Assembly (NCBI GenBank): GCA_964416985.1
Contig: CAYQFS010000001.1
Coordinates: forward strand, 83,413-147,412
From: an uncultured Candidatus Saccharibacteria bacterium
Lineage (GTDB): Bacteria > Patescibacteriota > Minisyncoccia > Phycocordibacterales > PALSA-1337
Length of the DNA: 64,000 bases
Direction of reading: 5' to 3'
In this document: positions 56,831 to 64,000 of the stretch, piece by piece
How the letters are laid out: every line of letters starts with the position of its first letter
Position numbering within the stretch: position 1 is the first letter of the stretch
Made by a program: the position numbers and the translations under genes
The notes under the pieces: model-generated
Seen by the model: the letters and a program-made list of their open reading frames with translations, nothing else
Told to the model about the DNA's origin: nothing
Database searches by the model: none

Positions 56831-57310
56831 ATGAAAATATCTCACAAAGGATTTACCCTCATCGAGCTTCTTGTCGTCATAGCAATCATTGCACTTTTGA
56901 CTGCAATAGTAACAAGTAATCTCACTACATCGAGATCAAAATCTCGTGATGGGAAGCGAGTTTCAGATCTGGCCCAGATCCAGCTAGCTCTCGAACTTTT
57001 TTTCGATAGGTGTAATGGGTATCCGGGGGTTGTTTCGAACCCCACCTCAGGTATTACTATCGCCTCATGTCCGAGCGGCATAAATCTAAGTACTTTTCTA
57101 GGGCAAGTGCCTAACCCACCAACTTCAGTAAGTGGGGATGTTTATACGTACTCGGTAAATTCAGTAAGTCCCGCTACTGACTATGTATTACGAGCCAGAC
57201 TCGAAAATAACAATCAGTCGGTCCTGAATGATGATGTCGATGGAACTGTATTTTCTACAGATTGCACCGATTCTGCGTCAAACTATTACTACTGCGTCCA
57301 GCCAAAATAA
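56831..57310 (+). CDS. type IV pilin paralog
   Basis: MKISHKGFTLIELLVVIAIIALL. Preceded by aTGcTACAAT and an AGAGG RBS. Confidence 0.85.
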   Translation: MKISHKGFTLIELLVVIAIIALLTAIVTSNLTTSRSKSRDGKRVSDLAQIQLALELFFDRCNGYPGVVSNPTSGITIASCPSGINLSTFLGQVPNPPTSVSGDVYTYSVNSVSPATDYVLRARLENNNQSVLNDDVDGTVFSTDCTDSASNYYYCVQPK

Positions 57311-57324
57311 TTTTATTTGATGTA

Positions 57325-58116
57325 ATGAACAGCCTCTTTCTCCTCTTCTCATTTATTCTCGGAACCATAATCGGAAGCTTCTTGAATGTTGTTGCCCTCC
57401 GCTACAACACCGGCATGACTCTTAAGGGAAGATCAAAATGCTTTTCTTGCAATAGTAGCCTCAGTTGGATGGAACTCATCCCACTCTTTAGCTTTATTTT
57501 TCAGGGAGGAGCATGTAAGAAATGTAAGAGCAAAATTTCGTGGCAGTATCCAGTAATCGAGCTTCTCGCTGGTCTTCTCTTTATCCTTATTTTTTACTTT
57601 TTTCCACCAGTTTCAATTGCCGCTGGAGTGATGACTGTCTTTTATCTCTTTATTACCTCACTTCTCCTTGTGATCATTGTGTATGATGTAAAGCACAAGA
57701 TTATTCCTAACGCTCTTGTATACACATTTGCTTTTGTAGCCTTTGCTCATCTCTTTATTTCACCAGATCTTTCTTTTCAAATTCCGACAACACTCGAACT
57801 TCTGTCTGGCATTATCGTAGCCCTTCCATTTGCTGCTCTCTGGCTTGTCTCAAAGGGAACATGGATGGGACTTGGGGATGCAAAACTTGCTCTCGGAATA
57901 GGCTGGACACTCGGACTTCTTCCGGCAATCTCAGCTATCGTTCTTGCATTCTGGATCGGGGCAGTGGTAAGTGTCGTTTGGATGCTTCTCGTTTTTAGAA
58001 AACTCAAAGCACGATACGAAATTCCGTTTGGACCATACCTGATCCTCGGAATGTATATTGTCCTCTTTACGGGAATACAGGTTATGGACATTGCCGCATT
58101 CTTTTCACCACTATGA
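57325..58116 (+). CDS. pilD: prepilin peptidase (A24 family)
   Basis: N-terminal CxxC...CxxC zinc motif (CFSCNSS...CKKCKSK); 6-8 TM; catalytic Asp region (GLGDAKL). Start chosen at MNSLF after the pilin stop. Confidence 0.88.
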   Translation: MNSLFLLFSFILGTIIGSFLNVVALRYNTGMTLKGRSKCFSCNSSLSWMELIPLFSFIFQGGACKKCKSKISWQYPVIELLAGLLFILIFYFFPPVSIAAGVMTVFYLFITSLLLVIIVYDVKHKIIPNALVYTFAFVAFAHLFISPDLSFQIPTTLELLSGIIVALPFAALWLVSKGTWMGLGDAKLALGIGWTLGLLPAISAIVLAFWIGAVVSVVWMLLVFRKLKARYEIPFGPYLILGMYIVLFTGIQVMDIAAFFSPL

Positions 58117-58718
58117 TTGTAAAGAATTTAAAAAAAATTCGAATTGACAAAGGCTTTACGGTTGTTGAGCTTGTAGTTTCTATCGCAATATTTGCGCTGA
58201 TGACAGCTCTTCTTCTTGCAAAATATGGGACTTTCAATGATGGAGTCCTCATGACAAATCTTGCGTATGATGTCGCACTCACCATTCGCAATGCTCAATC
58301 GTATAGTCTTAATGTAAAAAGCGCTCCCTCAGGTGGCGCAAATTATTCGGATCAATTTAATTATGGGTATGGTGTCCATTTTGATATTGTAAATAATAAG
58401 CAAATAATCTTTTTTGTCGATACAGATGGTGATCAAGAGTATGACAGTGGGGAACAGATTTCAGTATATAATCTCAAGAGGGGGAGTATATTGAGAGCTA
58501 TCTGCGTAGGGCCTACATCGTGTTCAGGACCAGCTACATATTCTCTTGATGTTAGTTTCAAAAGACCAAACCCAGATGCTATATTGTTTGCGAGAGATAC
58601 TGCTAGTCACGCTGTTATAAGTGGAGTCGGATACGCGATTATTGAGTTCAATTCTTCAAATGGAACTAGGAAAAGGATCAGGTTAAATTCAGGAGGTCAG
58701 ATAAATGTAATTAACTAG
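58113..58718 (+). CDS. minor pilin / pseudopilin (FimT/GspH-like)
   Basis: KGFTVVELVVSIAIFALM prepilin signal. Confidence 0.75.
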   Translation: MIVKNLKKIRIDKGFTVVELVVSIAIFALMTALLLAKYGTFNDGVLMTNLAYDVALTIRNAQSYSLNVKSAPSGGANYSDQFNYGYGVHFDIVNNKQIIFFVDTDGDQEYDSGEQISVYNLKRGSILRAICVGPTSCSGPATYSLDVSFKRPNPDAILFARDTASHAVISGVGYAIIEFNSSNGTRKRIRLNSGGQINVIN

Positions 58719-58719
58719 T

Positions 58720-59391
58720 ATGAAATATTTTTCTTCACTTTCAAATACAAAAGGATTTACTCTTGTCGAGATGATTGTCTCAGTTTCGATTTTTGCTATA
58801 GTTGCTCTTGTTGCCCTCGGAGCATTGCTCAAAATCACTGACGTTAACAAGAAGGCTCAGTCCATGAAGACAGCTATTAACAGCATGAACTTCATGCTTG
58901 AATCATTGTCGAGGGAGCTTAAGGTTGGTACACGCTATTATTGTGCTGCATCATTTTCGTTCACTCCGAGTCCACCCGGTAGTCCCGCTACGCTTCTTAC
59001 TCCGACATCCTGTAATTTCACCTCATTTCCGAGTGGGAATACGTCATGGTATATTGCGTTTCATTCGTCAAAAGTAATGCCTAAATCGGGAGGGGGCACT
59101 TGTAATTTGATATATTACTATCGTTTTGCGTTTAACCTCGCAACAGAGCAAAAAATTCAGCTTTTAAAGTATGAACAGCCTAATTGTGAGGCAGGTTCTG
59201 CTGCTTTTCTACCTCTCGGGCTTGTTAATACAGATGATCTCTATTTTACAAGTGGGTCGATGATAGTAAATAGTAGCACGACCTTTCAACCGTATGTAAA
59301 ATGGCATTTTGTTGGATATTCCGGTTTGAAGGAAAAAAATAGAACGTATTTTGATCTACAGACGAGCGCATCTCAACGTATTGCAAACTAA
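58720..59391 (+). CDS. minor pilin (PilW-like)
   Basis: TKGFTLVEMIVSVSIFAIV prepilin signal. Confidence 0.7.
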   Translation: MKYFSSLSNTKGFTLVEMIVSVSIFAIVALVALGALLKITDVNKKAQSMKTAINSMNFMLESLSRELKVGTRYYCAASFSFTPSPPGSPATLLTPTSCNFTSFPSGNTSWYIAFHSSKVMPKSGGGTCNLIYYYRFAFNLATEQKIQLLKYEQPNCEAGSAAFLPLGLVNTDDLYFTSGSMIVNSSTTFQPYVKWHFVGYSGLKEKNRTYFDLQTSASQRIAN

Positions 59392-59392
59392 T

Positions 59393-59959
59393 ATGAAAAA
59401 CATTTCATTATTACAGAAAAATAGTCTGCAACATCGTGGATTTACTATCGTGGAGACGCTTGTTGCTGTTGCTATACTTATGATAGCAATTGCAGGACCA
59501 TTGACCATTGTTAATAAGTCTCTTCGTGCTGCTATGGAGGCACAAGATCAAGTTACAGCCTCGTATCTTGCCCAGGATGCAGTTGAATACATCAAGAATG
59601 TCAAAGATAACAATATGATAAACAACCGGACATGGCTCGATAAGCTTTCTCAGTGTATCGATACTGATTCAGGATATTGTAGCGTAAATACTCTTACCGG
59701 AAATCCGAATGCAAGCGGTCCTGCCCTCAATGCCGGAATAGCTCCATGTATTTCTTCATGCAGACTCTATCTCTCAAGCTCGGGATACAGCCCCGACAAT
59801 ACTGGAACTGCGACGAAATATTCGAGATACTTTTATATCGTTCCTAATAAGAACAACCCAAGCGGTGAAGTCAAAATTGTTGTAATAGTAAAGTGGATGA
59901 ATGGATCTCTCGAGAGTGTTGTGACATATGAAAATGAAATATTTAATATTATAAAATAA
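59393..59959 (+). CDS. minor pilin (PilV-like)
   Basis: HRGFTIVETLVAVAILMIAI prepilin signal. Start chosen at MKNISLL after the upstream stop. Confidence 0.7.
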   Translation: MKNISLLQKNSLQHRGFTIVETLVAVAILMIAIAGPLTIVNKSLRAAMEAQDQVTASYLAQDAVEYIKNVKDNNMINNRTWLDKLSQCIDTDSGYCSVNTLTGNPNASGPALNAGIAPCISSCRLYLSSSGYSPDNTGTATKYSRYFYIVPNKNNPSGEVKIVVIVKWMNGSLESVVTYENEIFNIIK

Positions 59960-60474
59960 TGAAACGTGTGAATTATAAAGATACATCAGTTTATAAAAAG
60001 GGTTACACACTTCTTTTTGCAGTACTCGTTTCTTCTCTTGTGCTCGCAATCGGGATTTCCATTCTCAATATAAGTAAAAAAGAATTTCTTCTTGCGACTT
60101 CGGCAAGAGATTCATCTGCTGCTTTCTATGCTGCAGATGGAGGAGTTGAATGTGCTGCATATGGTGACCAAACATACGGCAGTTTCTCGACTTCTACCAC
60201 GCCAACTGCCGCTCTTTCATGTGGAGAAGCTCAAACTACCCCTGTACTTGACGATATAAATGCTGCCACAACGACATTTACTTTCTCTGTTAAATTTGGA
60301 AAAGAGGCAGCATCGTGTGCTGATATTACTGTACAGAAAGGCTACGCCAATGGAAGTGAGGTAACAATCATCGATGCTCGAGGCTACAATCTTGGTTGGA
60401 ATGAACAGACATCTGGTCCGTGCAATGTTCAAAGTCCCAAGAAAGTAGAGCGAGGACTCCGTCTCTCATACTAG
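59959..60474 (+). CDS. PilX-like pilus assembly protein
   Basis: GYTLLFAVLVSSLVLAIGISIL..., PilX N-terminal-like hydrophobic segment without the canonical G-F-T-L-E. Confidence 0.55.
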   Translation: MKRVNYKDTSVYKKGYTLLFAVLVSSLVLAIGISILNISKKEFLLATSARDSSAAFYAADGGVECAAYGDQTYGSFSTSTTPTAALSCGEAQTTPVLDDINAATTTFTFSVKFGKEAASCADITVQKGYANGSEVTIIDARGYNLGWNEQTSGPCNVQSPKKVERGLRLSY

Positions 60475-60495
60475 TCATAAATATGATATTCTTAG

Positions 60496-62517
<2,022 letters not shown>

Positions 62518-62541
62518 CTCATATTTTGCTAAACTCATCTC

Positions 62542-62835
62542 ATGATCACTGTCGCTGAAGTTGAAAAGCTGGCTCAATTGGCTCGTATTAAGCTTGATCC
62601 TACTGAAAAACAGGCTCTTACAAAAGAAATTGATTCTATTTTGTCGTACGTAGACGAAATCAAAAAAGCCACTGTTGCAATGGACTATACTCCGACTCCC
62701 GGAGCAGTTCACAATGCAATGAAGGATGATGTTGCCCGAACCATTTCTCCAGAAAGCCGGGAAGCGATTCTCAATGAAGCTCCGGATAGAGAAGGCGATT
62801 TTGTTGCAGTTAAAAAGATAATTGCTCAGGATTAA
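62542..62835 (+). CDS. gatC: Asp-tRNA(Asn)/Glu-tRNA(Gln) amidotransferase subunit C
   Basis: 97 aa; MITVAEVEKLAQLARIKLDPTEK is GatC-like. Confidence 0.85.
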   Translation: MITVAEVEKLAQLARIKLDPTEKQALTKEIDSILSYVDEIKKATVAMDYTPTPGAVHNAMKDDVARTISPESREAILNEAPDREGDFVAVKKIIAQD

Positions 62836-62844
62836 TTGATTTCT

Positions 62845-64000
62845 ATGATTGATCTCTCTAAACTTACAATTACAAAAGCTCACGAAGCCATGAAAAAGGG
62901 TGAGTTTTCTGCTGTCGATCTCGCGCAGGCTTACCTCAGTGAAATTTCAAAGAAAAATAAGGAAATACATGCCTACCTTGAAGTTTTTTCTGATGTACTT
63001 GAGCAGGCCAAAGAGGCTGACAAAAGGTTCAAAGAGGGAAGGGCGACAATGCTCACCGGTATTCCTTTTGCCATTAAAGATAATATTTTAATTGAAGGAA
63101 GGATCGCAAGTTCAGCTTCAAAAATTCTCGAGAACTATCGTGCGACGTACGACGCCACTGTTATTGAAAAATTAAAAAAAGAAGGAGCAGTTTTTCTCGG
63201 AAGGACAAACATGGATGAGTTTGCTATGGGAGGCTCGACCGAAAATTCTGCTTTCGGTCCTACAAAAAATCCTCACGATATTTCGCGGGTTGCAGGAGGT
63301 TCATCTGGTGGATCTGCGGCTGCTCTTGCCATGAACGGGGCACTCGCTGCTTTGGGAACTGACACTGGGGGATCAATTCGCCAGCCGGCAAGCTTCTGTG
63401 GACTTGTCGGACTAAAGCCAACATACGGACGAGTTTCCCGATCTGGAGCGATGGCCATGGGTTCATCTCTCGATCAAATCGGTCCTTTTGGCAAGACCGT
63501 TTCTGACACAGAAATTATCTATACTGTTATTAAAGGAAAAGATGTGCTTGATGGGACAACTATCTCTGAGACGACATATCTAGAGAAGCGAATTGGAAAA
63601 AAGAAACCTATCATTGGTGTGCCTCGCCACTTTTTAAAAGGGGATGGAATTACAAAAGATATCCTTGATAATTTTAATCAATCTCTTGAGAAATTTAAAA
63701 AAGCCGGATATGAAATAAAGGATGTTGAGTTGCCAAATATTTCATATTCTCTCGCGGTATATTATGTCATTATGCCTGCCGAAGTTTCGTCAAACCTTTC
63801 CCGTTTTGACGGTGTTAAATACGGCTTGCACAAGGATGGTAAGGACGGCATTGATGACTATTTTGAGACTCGGGGCGCTGGATTTGGAAAAGAAGCACGA
63901 AGAAGAATCCTTCTTGGAACATACGTACTTTCTTCGGGGTATTATGATGCCTACTACAACCGTGCAAACGCAGTACGTAGAATTATTACACAGGACTTCC
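62845..64000 (+). CDS. gatA: Asp-tRNA(Asn)/Glu-tRNA(Gln) amidotransferase subunit A (3'-truncated by window end)
   Basis: Open frame from ATG 62845 to the window end. Amidase signature GGSSGGSAAALA and Ser-cisSer-Lys triad context. Confidence 0.85.
   Translation, partial: MIDLSKLTITKAHEAMKKGEFSAVDLAQAYLSEISKKNKEIHAYLEVFSDVLEQAKEADKRFKEGRATMLTGIPFAIKDNILIEGRIASSASKILENYRATYDATVIEKLKKEGAVFLGRTNMDEFAMGGSTENSAFGPTKNPHDISRVAGGSSGGSAAALAMNGALAALGTDTGGSIRQPASFCGLVGLKPTYGRVSRSGAMAMGSSLDQIGPFGKTVSDTEIIYTVIKGKDVLDGTTISETTYLEKRIGKKKPIIGVPRHFLKGDGITKDILDNFNQSLEKFKKAGYEIKDVELPNISYSLAVYYVIMPAEVSSNLSRFDGVKYGLHKDGKDGIDDYFETRGAGFGKEARRRILLGTYVLSSGYYDAYYNRANAVRRIITQDF

Overview
Low-GC (roughly 40-45%) bacterial chromosome segment. 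The overall composition resembles a Candidate Phyla Radiation / Patescibacteria-type reduced genome (inference only), with standard genetic code (TGA, TAA and TAG all used as stops).

Main blocks:
- 1-20.4 kb: an M50-like protease and rpmB, then the str operon (rpsL-rpsG-fusA-tuf) and a near-complete S10-spc ribosomal protein supercluster (rpsJ through rplO, then secY-adk-map). The supercluster lacks L30, is interrupted by an antisense SAM-methyltransferase between rplE and rpsZ, and ends in ndk instead of infA-rpmJ-rpsM-rpsK-rpsD-rpoA-rplQ.
- 20.7-24.7 kb: membrane protein, beta-CASP RNase, infC-rpmI-rplT on the minus strand, and a PLD/cardiolipin-synthase-like gene.
- 24.7-27.6 kb: accessory-looking patch with small membrane and acidic ORFs, a Cys-rich protein fusing a degenerate receiver domain to an RNA polymerase alpha-CTD-like domain, then ssrA (tmRNA) and smpB.
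- 27.7-33.6 kb: surface-protein locus (1043-aa LamG plus Fn3-repeat protein, a membrane-anchored 126-aa protein, and a convergent 723-aa Pro-rich secreted protein).
- 33.7-42.0 kb: ftsH with an adjacent membrane-anchored matrixin-like metzincin, tRNA-Ile(UAU), recG, a HhH-GPD glycosylase, a YceI-like protein, tRNA-Ser(GCU) and a methyltransferase.
- 42.1-47.7 kb: arsR-type regulator, then a tightly coupled nrdD-nrdG-iscS-iscU-FNR-like operon.
- 47.7-60.5 kb: comFC, then a complete type IV pilus / competence-pilus cluster (pilM/N/O, pilB, a CheY-like response regulator, pilT, pilC, three pilins, pilD, four minor pilins/PilX).
- 60.5-64 kb: ligA, gatC and a partial gatA.

No CRISPR arrays, transposases or recognisable defence genes were seen. 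The most interesting candidates are the receiver/alpha-CTD fusion next to ssrA-smpB, the LamG/Fn3 surface-protein locus, the tRNA-Ile(UAU), the matrixin-like protease beside ftsH, and the antisense methyltransferase inside the ribosomal operon.
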